43,887 bases of DNA from Candidatus Latescibacterota bacterium (lineage in GTDB: Bacteria > Latescibacterota > UBA2968), in contig JAYODI010000002.1 of NCBI GenBank assembly GCA_038279365.1, positions 44,497-88,383 of the forward strand. Direction: 5' to 3'. Made by a program: the position numbers and the translations under genes. The notes below the pieces were generated by a model. It saw only the letters and a program-made list of their open reading frames with translations, was not told the origin of the DNA and did not search any database. Below are positions 28,175 through 36,393 of this stretch, piece by piece; the first letter of the stretch is position 1; the number at the start of each line of letters is the position of its first letter.

Positions 28175-28534
28175 TTAGATGAGAAATGTGGCGTGGAGCA
28201 CGTACAGATCGGGTGGCGCATGCAACAAACTTGCGTGTTCAACACCAGCAAAAGCGAGGAATTTTTGAGGAACAAAAAACGAGGCATCATCAATTTCAGA
28301 CACAACCAAATCAACATCCAACATCTGTAAAACAGGTAGCAAAACCGCCACATCTCTTGCTGGTATTTGGTCATCTACTTGGGTTTCTTGGTTGCAACAA
28401 CAGTCTTGCATTTTTTCAGATGCATGGCATCCTGCATCCATGCTCATCTGCATCCAGCAAAAACAAGCGGCATTGGTTGCAAACACCATTGCTATAATCA
28501 TAAAAATATGTGTCAGCCGAGAAACCACATTCAA
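28175..28534 (-). CDS. Cys/Met/His-rich small protein with C-terminal HAPP motif (metal-operon leader type, HYC_CC_PP/DUF2946-like architecture)
   Basis: Hydrophobic N-terminus, CFCWMQMSMDAGCH..MQDCCC and terminal HAPPDLYVLHATFLI. The start may be GTG 28528, which has better SD spacing. Confidence 0.75.
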   Translation of the reverse strand: MNVVSRLTHIFMIIAMVFATNAACFCWMQMSMDAGCHASEKMQDCCCNQETQVDDQIPARDVAVLLPVLQMLDVDLVVSEIDDASFFVPQKFLAFAGVEHASLLHAPPDLYVLHATFLI

Positions 28535-28621
28535 ACCTTTCGCAAACCACCGAATTGATAACCATCTAAAGATAAATAAAAAATAAATATGAGCAAGCAG
28601 TCCTTATCCACAAACCAAGGA

Positions 28622-28637
28622 AGCACACATCGTGCCA
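28622..28637 (-). promoter_or_regulatory. Putative sigma54 (-24/-12) promoter
   Basis: Minus strand TGGCACG-ATGT-GTGCT versus consensus TGGCACG-N4-TTGCW (one mismatch), about 90 nt upstream of the Cys-rich ORF. Confidence 0.65.
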
Positions 28638-28744
28638 AATTTCAAAAATATCATTAATTTATTAAAAAACAACCTCTTTCTCAAATACCAATTCAAATCA
28701 TCTACACCTATCCCAATCTAAAGAGACACCCTTGTCTCACTTTT

Positions 28745-29875
28745 TCAATAGAGCACCACAAAATCACCCTTAGGTTTGGCCACAACCGTGGGCTTGCTCC
28801 ACACAGGCACCAACTCGCCCACGATGGGCGTGCCAAGTGGTTTGCCCGCCCTATCAAAAAGTTGATATTCTAAGGTTCCTGCTTTTTTCCAGCCAGACCC
28901 AGAAGACCAAGCAAGCAAAACCTCCCCTGTTTTATTTTGCGCCAAAGCGGGATGTTTGTTTCTATCACCTTCCCCATTCGGTGTCATAAGTTTTACGTTT
29001 TCCAAATCACTTACCGAAGCAAAATACACTTGCCCCTTGGTTTCCCAAGCAGCCCATGTATTTGTCTTTCCTTGAAACATCGCCGATGTGCTCATAGGAC
29101 AACTGTTGACTACCCAACCATGCACCTTAACCCCATGAAATGTTTGCCCATAATCTTGAGACTGCAACACAAACATGTCTCGGTTTACCATTTCTGTTGC
29201 AGAGCGATACATCACATACAAAGCCCCCGAGGATTCGGAAAAAATGCGCATGCCACAACAACCACAGGCACCTGTTTGTTTACTCCAAACAGGTTTTTCC
29301 TGCGCAAAAGTCTTTCCATCATCATCTGACTTAACCATCCAAACCTTTCGAGAGGCCTCTTCAGAGCCAGCATGCCAAGCCACATAAACATGCCCCAAGG
29401 TATCTGCGGCTACAGACCCTCCCCCATCTAAACCATAGGCTTGCTGAACAACATTGCGCTGAGGTTCAAAACCTGTTTGTGCATCATTTAATCGCGTGTA
29501 AAACATGGGCAATTTGTCGTGCGAACCGCCATTGGCATCAGCCGACCCCATCCAACTTACATGGACACGGCCTTGACGCCCCAAAGCCACATGAGCCCCC
29601 CTTACAGTACCGGTCGCAATAATACTTGAAGGCAGGCTGTTTACTTGTATCGGCACAGAAAACGTTGTATCTCCCCCCATTTGGCGCACATAAAACAAAT
29701 CACCACCATTGGCATCGCCCTTAAAGTAAATCAGGTGTAAAATGCCTGATTGATCGACCACAGCTTGAGGTTGGATGCCTTCATTGGGCACTCGAATCGT
29801 CTCAATGGATGCACCCCAAATATTTGTTTGAAAATACAAAGAGAAAAAAAACAAAAGCAAGCTTTTCATACACAT
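28745..29875 (-). CDS. Secreted BNR/Asp-box (sialidase-fold-like) protein with CGCC motif
   Basis: Signal peptide; Asp-boxes SDDDGKTF and SQDYGQTF; GACGCC and NSCPMS motifs. Confidence 0.75.
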   Translation of the reverse strand: MCMKSLLLFFFSLYFQTNIWGASIETIRVPNEGIQPQAVVDQSGILHLIYFKGDANGGDLFYVRQMGGDTTFSVPIQVNSLPSSIIATGTVRGAHVALGRQGRVHVSWMGSADANGGSHDKLPMFYTRLNDAQTGFEPQRNVVQQAYGLDGGGSVAADTLGHVYVAWHAGSEEASRKVWMVKSDDDGKTFAQEKPVWSKQTGACGCCGMRIFSESSGALYVMYRSATEMVNRDMFVLQSQDYGQTFHGVKVHGWVVNSCPMSTSAMFQGKTNTWAAWETKGQVYFASVSDLENVKLMTPNGEGDRNKHPALAQNKTGEVLLAWSSGSGWKKAGTLEYQLFDRAGKPLGTPIVGELVPVWSKPTVVAKPKGDFVVLY

Positions 29876-29897
29876 TGCTCCTTAAACAACTAAAATT

Positions 29898-30356
29898 TTA
29901 ACCACCAAACATCTTTGTCAAAACCTGTTTGCGAAATTCAAAAATCCCATTTAATTGTCGTCGCACCATCAGAGTATTGATCAAGGTGGCCCAAGGCCCA
30001 CCATAAAGCCCATAATGAATCACATCTTCTGCCAAAACCCCGCCATCACATGGTGAAAAGCGATGTAAGTGGTGCCAAAATTTATACGGCCCAAAACGCT
30101 GTTCGTCTACAAAAAAGTGAGGTGCATTCATTTGTGTGATTTCTGTTACCCAATTGACGTAAATCAATGGTGCAATCTTTACCTTATAAGTAATAACCAT
30201 TCCCGCATGCATAGTGTCTGGCACCCGTGAAGACGGAACAAGATTTAATTCTGGCGGTGTGATCTTTGCCAAATTTCTTGGGTCAGAAAAAAAGGCCCAC
30301 GCTTTATCCATCGGAATGGGCAATATCTGCGATTGTTCGAGCCGAAACAGTTTCAT
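29898..30356 (-). CDS. SRPBCC-family protein
   Basis: AWAFFSDPRNLAKITPP and FFVDEQRFGPYKFWHHLH motifs; SD GAGGTG. Confidence 0.9.
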   Translation of the reverse strand: MKLFRLEQSQILPIPMDKAWAFFSDPRNLAKITPPELNLVPSSRVPDTMHAGMVITYKVKIAPLIYVNWVTEITQMNAPHFFVDEQRFGPYKFWHHLHRFSPCDGGVLAEDVIHYGLYGGPWATLINTLMVRRQLNGIFEFRKQVLTKMFGG

Positions 30357-30450
30357 GATGCACCTCAAAAATTGTATTTCGATAACCGTTATGGACGTTT
30401 ATATTGACCCAAACCATGAAGCCAACACGTTTTTACCTAAAGGAGCAATT

Positions 30451-30828
30451 ATGAAAAAACAACCTTTTACCAGCAAAAAGGGCAATATTCCCAAATTTCC
30501 CTATTCCCAAGCCATGATATATGGCGACCTCATCTTCATTTCTGCACAGCCCCCCGTTGATCCTGTAACAGATAAAATAGCGGGTGACGATATCAAAACA
30601 CAAACACGTCAAGTATTAAACAATATTGCAGGCATATTGGAAGATGCGGGCACATCTCTCGACAATGTTTTAAAAGTCACGGCCATACTGAAAGACCGCT
30701 CGCTCTTTGCCGACTTCAATGAAGCGTATTCTGAATTTTTCCCCCAAAACCCGCCCACGCGCACCCCCATCTTTTCAGACACGGGTGCAAACTTGGTCTT
30801 ATTGGACGTGATTGCTGGAATGGAATAG
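30451..30828 (+). CDS. RidA/YjgF/UK114-family protein
   Basis: ATG 30451 after SD AAGGAG; PYSQA, QTRQVLNNI, FNEAYSEFF and PPTRT (catalytic Arg present). Confidence 0.92.
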   Translation: MKKQPFTSKKGNIPKFPYSQAMIYGDLIFISAQPPVDPVTDKIAGDDIKTQTRQVLNNIAGILEDAGTSLDNVLKVTAILKDRSLFADFNEAYSEFFPQNPPTRTPIFSDTGANLVLLDVIAGME

Positions 30829-30870
30829 ATTGTTCCTATACTTGCCAAGGACACGTACAGCCAATATATC

Positions 30871-30903
30871 AAAACCCTCCAGCCTGACCAGACTGGAGGG
30901 TTT
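30871..30903. terminator. Bidirectional intrinsic terminator
   Basis: AAAA-CCCTCCAG-10 nt-CTGGAGGG-TTTATATTTT between convergent genes. Confidence 0.8.
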
Positions 30904-30999
30904 ATATTTTTAAGAATCACGATCAGAAAATGAATCGGTGGATAGAAACTTGAACACGGAAGACAGGAACAGATAAAAACGGACGCGATTTCCTTACGC

Positions 31000-32013
31000 C
31001 TACGATTGCATTTTCTTTTTGCGTTGATTCGCCAATTGGGCACCCACACGAATGGTTTGCAACATATTCACCACCTTGGCAATGCCTTGTCCGGCAATGT
31101 CAAAAGCAGTGCCATGATCGACCGATGCACGTACAATGGGCAAACCCAGCGTCACATTCACCGCATCATCAAAAGCCACCAACTTGGCGGGGGCGTGGCC
31201 TTGGTCGTGGTACATTGCAACCGCCCCATCATAACGCCCATCATACACTTTAAAAAACACCGTATCACCTGGCAATGGGCCATCGACCAACCAACCGTTT
31301 TCTTGAGCACGTTCAACGGCCGGTAGAATCATTTTTGCATCTTCAAGACCAAACAGCCCATTTTCACCAGCGTGTGGATTCACGCCACAAATGGCCAGCT
31401 TTGGATTTTCTCGGCCCATACCTATAAGGGCTTCGCGCGTCAGCACAATGGTATTGTAAATCAGCTCAGTATTCAACCGTTTGGTCACCTCAGCCAATGG
31501 AATATGCCCCGTTACATGAGACACATTCATACGCTCAGATGCCAACATCAAATGTGCAATGGGTGAACCCGTGCGCTCGGCCAACAATTCTGTATGCCCC
31601 GCATAATCATAACCCGCCTTATTCATCGCTTCTTTATTTAAGGGTGCCGTCACAATCCCGTCAATGCGATTTGCCAATGCCAAATCGATACCGGCCATCA
31701 CCCATTCGGCTGCCGCACGCCCAGCTTCGGGGCATACTTTGGCAAGTTGCACCTGCAAGACATCAACAGCAATCGGCTGCCAGACATCGACCACACCACA
31801 AACAAATTGCCCAGATTCGGGTTCTTCGACCACCTGAATGTCCAAATCAACACCAGCAATGGCCATATCGCGTAACAAAAAATCTGCCAAACCAATCACA
31901 ACGGGCCTACAAATCTCATAGACCTCACGATGTGCCAATGCTTTTAAAATTACTTCTGGCCCCACACCACAAGCATCCCCCATCGTAATCCCCAACAACG
32001 GTCGATCTGCCAA
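31000..32013 (-). CDS. pdxA: PdxA-family dehydrogenase (PdxA or PdxA2)
   Basis: ITMGDACGVGPE, VTAPLNKE, GHTELLA, NPHAGE, AMYHDQG and SVDHGTAFDIAG motifs; TTG start with SD GAAAGGA. Confidence 0.92.
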   Translation of the reverse strand: MADRPLLGITMGDACGVGPEVILKALAHREVYEICRPVVIGLADFLLRDMAIAGVDLDIQVVEEPESGQFVCGVVDVWQPIAVDVLQVQLAKVCPEAGRAAAEWVMAGIDLALANRIDGIVTAPLNKEAMNKAGYDYAGHTELLAERTGSPIAHLMLASERMNVSHVTGHIPLAEVTKRLNTELIYNTIVLTREALIGMGRENPKLAICGVNPHAGENGLFGLEDAKMILPAVERAQENGWLVDGPLPGDTVFFKVYDGRYDGAVAMYHDQGHAPAKLVAFDDAVNVTLGLPIVRASVDHGTAFDIAGQGIAKVVNMLQTIRVGAQLANQRKKKMQS

Positions 32014-32088
32014 TACACTTTCCTTTCAAAAAAATCTCCCCATTCACGAACACGTTGAAAATTATCAATTTCTTACAAATGGGCAAAT

Positions 32089-32121
32089 AAAAAACCCCAA
32101 AGGGGTTTCCTTTGGGGTTTT
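32089..32121 (-). terminator. Intrinsic terminator after the receiver genes
   Basis: A6-CCCCAAAGG-ggttt-CCTTTGGGG-T4, directly at the 32120 stop. Confidence 0.85.
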
Positions 32122-32494
32122 AGGGGGTCAGCAATCGCAGTGGCATTTTTTGTTTAAAGCGCTGGATCTCTACAAGCAGCAAGTCTATTCGAGAACTTTT
32201 TTCTACCCAAACATCGGCCAAACGTGCAATGGATTTGGGTTGCAAATCTTCTTCACCCGCAAAAAGCACAATAGGCAGATCTGGAAAAAAGCTCTTTAAC
32301 CAACACAGAGTATGCAAATCTTCTTGCGAAGGCCACCCCACACCTAAAACAACCACATCTACCTTTTCAAACATCAACACATCATGGGCTTCATCGCTTG
32401 TAGCCACACAAAAACAATCAAGGCTTGCGTCCGACAATTCCAATTCTATCAATTGCCGCAAATGCGCCTGCTTTTCTATCACAAGGATGGTCAT
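32120..32494 (-). CDS. Single-domain receiver protein, atypical (no phosphoacceptor Asp)
   Basis: ATG 32494 after SD AAAGGAG. TILVIE, DVVVLG, PDLPIVLFA and ADVWVEKS trace the receiver fold; the Asp position is Gly. Confidence 0.8.
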   Translation of the reverse strand: MTILVIEKQAHLRQLIELELSDASLDCFCVATSDEAHDVLMFEKVDVVVLGVGWPSQEDLHTLCWLKSFFPDLPIVLFAGEEDLQPKSIARLADVWVEKSSRIDLLLVEIQRFKQKMPLRLLTP

Positions 32495-32523
32495 GTCCAC
32501 TCCTTTGTCAAAAAAATGCAAGA

Positions 32524-32916
32524 TTAAAAATACAATTCGTGAAACGGCTTTGCTTTAGCGCCTGTGTCTTGACCAAACTTAGATTCCACAAAGGAAATCA
32601 ATTGCGTATGCTTGGCCTGTTTGCCCAAAACCCCATCGGCGATAAAATAACCACAAGAATCACCAAACAACGAAGCACTGGTATATAAAACCACAGGCAG
32701 ATTGGAATCGAATTCTTTTAATGCTTTTAAGGCCCGCATACCTTCTCCATCTGGTAAATGAGGATTGATCACTACCAGATCGGGCCGTTCAATGAGAACG
32801 CGTTTTAAAACCGCTTGAGCAGAATCAAAGGGATAACAGGTATGACCACAGACGTTCAAAATACGTACACACAGCGACAATTCTTCGCAGTCATCTAACA
32901 ACAAAATCGTGGCCAT
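32524..32916 (-). CDS. Single-domain receiver protein, atypical (Asp replaced by Asn)
   Basis: ATG 32916 after SD AAGGAGG; TILLLDD, PDLVVINPHLPDGEG, LPVVLYT and ADGVLGK motifs. Confidence 0.85.
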   Translation of the reverse strand: MATILLLDDCEELSLCVRILNVCGHTCYPFDSAQAVLKRVLIERPDLVVINPHLPDGEGMRALKALKEFDSNLPVVLYTSASLFGDSCGYFIADGVLGKQAKHTQLISFVESKFGQDTGAKAKPFHELYF

Positions 32917-32943
32917 ATTCCCCTCCTTTTTAAAGCGTAATTC

Positions 32944-32987
32944 AAAAAAAAGCCACACAACCGAATAAAACACCAGGTCGTGTGGCT
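32944..32987 (-). terminator. Intrinsic terminator just upstream of the receiver-gene RBS
   Basis: Minus strand AGCCACACGACC-13 nt-GGUUGUGUGGCU followed by U7. Confidence 0.8.
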
Positions 32988-33205
32988 CATGAAGCCTCCA
33001 AGAAAAAAGGATCGCGTTTTGCTTATTTTAAAGAACAGGGTGGGATAAGACCATCTGATTGATATAGTAAGAATCCCTCATTTCAGTTCCTTTGTCAAGC
33101 CACTATTTTGCCATTTTTTTAAAAAAATAATTTGCAATATGTATTGCAACATTTTGAAACGCACTTGTTGCAAAAAACACCCAATAACGATGACTTAAGG
33201 GGCCT

Positions 33206-36200
33206 TTAATCATCGGCCACAGCGTCATATACGGGTTCTGTTGGTTTGGAAAAAATGCCTTTCGTAACGCGCATTAATGCCAATCTCAAATCATCAAAAA
33301 AAGTATAAAACAGTGGCACAACCAACAATGTCAAAAGCGTAGAAGCAATTAGCCCACCCATCATCGCACGCCCCATAGGATAATAAGGCATGCCAAACAT
33401 ATTGCTGTTGCCCAACGCCATAGGCAACAAACCAAACACTGTGGTAAAGGTTGTCATCATAATGGGCCGAAAACGATTGGCCCCCGCTGCCATAATGGCC
33501 TCTTGCCGAGACATGCCATCGGCACGCAACCGATTGATCATATCGACCAAAACAATGGCATTGTTCACCACAACCCCGATAAGCACTATAATCCCGATCA
33601 TGGCCATAATATTCATAGGGGTATCGGTTAAATACAACGTCCAATAAACACCCCACAAAGCAAAAGGGATAGACAACAAAACCGAAAAAGGCAAAATGAA
33701 CGATTCAAACAACACACCCATAAGCAAAAACACACACGTTATGGCCATGATGCCAGCAAAAAACATGGTGTTGTCTTCTTCTTGTAAATCATTATAAGAC
33801 TCACCTTTGTCCCAAAAATAACCACGAGGCAACTCCAAACCATCCATCACGCGGTCAATATCGGCATAAATGCCTTTGCGATCTTGCTGGGTGGTAAATG
33901 CTGTAACCGTTAAACTGCTCACCCCATTTTCTCGACGGATGGTACCGCTGCCTTGGGCATATTCCACTTGGGCCACATCTGCCAAAGAAACACTTTCGAC
34001 ACCATCAGAAGCCAGTGAAAAATTGCGCAGTTGTTGCAACGTTTGCCGATCGCTCTCTCTTAAAAACAAACGGGTCTGCACTTCGCGTTCTTCGGTTTGA
34101 TAACGAGGCAAACTCACACCTTGTAAAGCAAACGCAATTGTGCGTCCAACCACTTGGGGCGAAACACCCACACGTTGGGCGCGATCTCTATCTACCCGGA
34201 CACGCACTTCATCTTCGCCACGCTCCAAATCTGTATCTACGCTCACCACCGATGGCAATGATCGAATGCGGCGTTCTACTTCTTCGGATAACTTGGCCAA
34301 AACCTCAACATCATCCCCTTTTATACGAATAGAAACCCTGGGATTGCTGCCCCCACTGTCATTGTTCCGAATACCTTGAATACCAGTGCGAACGCCCACA
34401 AACCGGGGAATATTCTTTTCCAAATCTTTGGCAACGTCATCCATGCTCATGCGCCCACTTACATCGTAGCCCAGTGCATCGGCAAAGTTTTGATAAGCAA
34501 AATACCACCAGGCCATGTTGGGATCTTCTTTGAGATATAACTCAACCCGGCCCTCACTTTTATAAATGCGTGAGCGCAAAATGCGAATCCCATATTTTTC
34601 ACGCTTTGATTGCATAAAGTCTTCGACTTCTTTAACAATTTCAGTCGTTTTCTCAATTGTAAAGTCACTTGGCATATCCATCCAAATATCCAAATCTTGA
34701 TCTCCACCGCCACCACTGCGTTTGGTTTTGCCCATAGGATAACTGATGGTCAATAAAACCGCCAAAATAACCAAAACAGCATCCCGACGATGGTGCAAAA
34801 CCCACCCCAACATGCGCCGATAAACATTGCGAGACCACAAAATGGACTTCGGATCGTTTTTAAGTTTGCTCCCCCCAAACCGTTCTGCAGCCAGTGGAAT
34901 AAAGATCAAAGCAACAAATAAGGAGCCCAAAAGTGCCACCACCACCGGCACCCCTATGCGCGTCATAAAAAATGTGGCCGTCCCCCCCGACATCACCATA
35001 AGCGGTAAAAACACCACCACAGTGGTCAACGTGGCCATTGTAATGGCAAGCCCAACCTCACTGGCACCCAAAATAGACGCCTCACGCGGCTCGGAACCCA
35101 TTGCTCGAAAACGATAAATGTTCTCCAAAATCACGATCGCATTGTCCACCACCAGCCCCACCCCCACCATCAAGCCCATCATCGTAATAACATTGAGCGA
35201 CCAACCAATAAAGTACATGACCACCACAGTCATCATCAAACACAAGGGAATTGACAAGGTAATGATGGCCGTCATGCGAAAGGTGCGTAAATAAAAAAAC
35301 AATATGAGTGCTGCAAACAGCCCCCCCCACAATGCAGTGCTTTGCAAATTATTCACCTGATTTTCAATTTCGGCACCTTGATCGCGCAAAACCCGATACG
35401 ACACCCCTGCATTGAGTGGATCATTGGAAATATCGTCCAAAGCTTCTGAAACACGCTTAGAAACAGCCACAATATTGGCGCCTGACTCGGCAAACACCCC
35501 AATGGACATGGCATTCACCCCTTCAATGCGTTCTATACGCCGGTCGGGTGGAGCGCCATAAACGACGTCGGCAATTTCACTCAGTGGTACATCGCCATTG
35601 GGGGTGGGAATGGTTAAGCGCCTTATTTGATCCAGATCGTTGTATCTGGCCAATGAACGCACATAAAATTTCTTACTCCCCTCACGCACATACCCCCCTG
35701 CAAGTGAAAAATTATCACCTTGTAACACCTGAACCAAGTTGGCCATGCTCACACCTCTTGCACTGAGCCTCCCCTGATCAACTTCGACACTCACTTCTTT
35801 GGCCTCAACACCGTAAACATCTACATTGGCCACACCATCCACCCGCTCTAAGGGCCTTAAAATATGCGACTCCAAATATTGATAAGGATCTCGAATGCCC
35901 TCAGGCACACTTACACTTACCCACATCGTTGAAAAATTGTCGGGATTAAACTTCCAAATACTCACCTGATCTTGTGCCTCTTCGGGCAACTGAGGTTTTA
36001 AACGCTCCAGTTGGTCAGACAGCAGGTTATAAGCCAAATCCATATCCACACCCTGCCGAAAATCTATGGGCGCACGCACCCCCGAACTGCTGCTATAGGT
36101 GCGCACTTGTTCAACCCCTTTTACCATTTTGAGGGCTTCTTCTAAGGGTTGTGCTATTTGCTGCTCAGATTCTCTGGGGGTAGAATTGGGATAATTAATG

Positions 36201-36367
36201 CGCACATATAAAAATGGACGCGTAAATCCTGAAGGAAACATTTTTACAGGAATAAGCGAATAAGCCATCGCCCCCAAAACCAATAACGCGATCAGACACA
36301 TAGTGACAGTGACGGGTCGCGTTACGGAAATACGTGGCAAAAGGGATGATTTATCTTTTTGCATCAT
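33206..36367 (-). CDS. RND permease (AcrB family), second of a tandem pair
   Basis: RPVTVTM, GLVVDNAIVILENI, GVVVNNAIVLVD and RFRPIMMTT motifs; 1053 aa. Confidence 0.95.
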   Translation of the reverse strand: MMQKDKSSLLPRISVTRPVTVTMCLIALLVLGAMAYSLIPVKMFPSGFTRPFLYVRINYPNSTPRESEQQIAQPLEEALKMVKGVEQVRTYSSSSGVRAPIDFRQGVDMDLAYNLLSDQLERLKPQLPEEAQDQVSIWKFNPDNFSTMWVSVSVPEGIRDPYQYLESHILRPLERVDGVANVDVYGVEAKEVSVEVDQGRLSARGVSMANLVQVLQGDNFSLAGGYVREGSKKFYVRSLARYNDLDQIRRLTIPTPNGDVPLSEIADVVYGAPPDRRIERIEGVNAMSIGVFAESGANIVAVSKRVSEALDDISNDPLNAGVSYRVLRDQGAEIENQVNNLQSTALWGGLFAALILFFYLRTFRMTAIITLSIPLCLMMTVVVMYFIGWSLNVITMMGLMVGVGLVVDNAIVILENIYRFRAMGSEPREASILGASEVGLAITMATLTTVVVFLPLMVMSGGTATFFMTRIGVPVVVALLGSLFVALIFIPLAAERFGGSKLKNDPKSILWSRNVYRRMLGWVLHHRRDAVLVILAVLLTISYPMGKTKRSGGGGDQDLDIWMDMPSDFTIEKTTEIVKEVEDFMQSKREKYGIRILRSRIYKSEGRVELYLKEDPNMAWWYFAYQNFADALGYDVSGRMSMDDVAKDLEKNIPRFVGVRTGIQGIRNNDSGGSNPRVSIRIKGDDVEVLAKLSEEVERRIRSLPSVVSVDTDLERGEDEVRVRVDRDRAQRVGVSPQVVGRTIAFALQGVSLPRYQTEEREVQTRLFLRESDRQTLQQLRNFSLASDGVESVSLADVAQVEYAQGSGTIRRENGVSSLTVTAFTTQQDRKGIYADIDRVMDGLELPRGYFWDKGESYNDLQEEDNTMFFAGIMAITCVFLLMGVLFESFILPFSVLLSIPFALWGVYWTLYLTDTPMNIMAMIGIIVLIGVVVNNAIVLVDMINRLRADGMSRQEAIMAAGANRFRPIMMTTFTTVFGLLPMALGNSNMFGMPYYPMGRAMMGGLIASTLLTLLVVPLFYTFFDDLRLALMRVTKGIFSKPTEPVYDAVADD

Positions 36368-36393
36368 AAAAAGGGTATCCCATAGGGTTAAAG

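Noticed and set aside
28108..28586. Alternative ORFs overlapping the Cys-rich leader (28108-28374, 28186-28497, 28367-28558, 28392-28586)
   Set aside because: These are other-frame or antisense shadows; only 28175-28534 has a coherent signal/Cys/PP architecture.
20708..29875. Copper locus as a mobile genomic island
   Set aside because: No integrase, transposase, tRNA or flanking direct repeats were seen, and no obvious compositional break by eye.
30214..30450. N-terminal extension of the RidA ORF (204 aa in the track)
   Set aside because: It overlaps the divergent SRPBCC gene; the SD and family length point to ATG 30451.
30904..30999. Strand-biased 3' region of pdxA as a possible sRNA or small ORF
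   Set aside because: No promoter, SD or stable structure is visible; best read as a 3' UTR.
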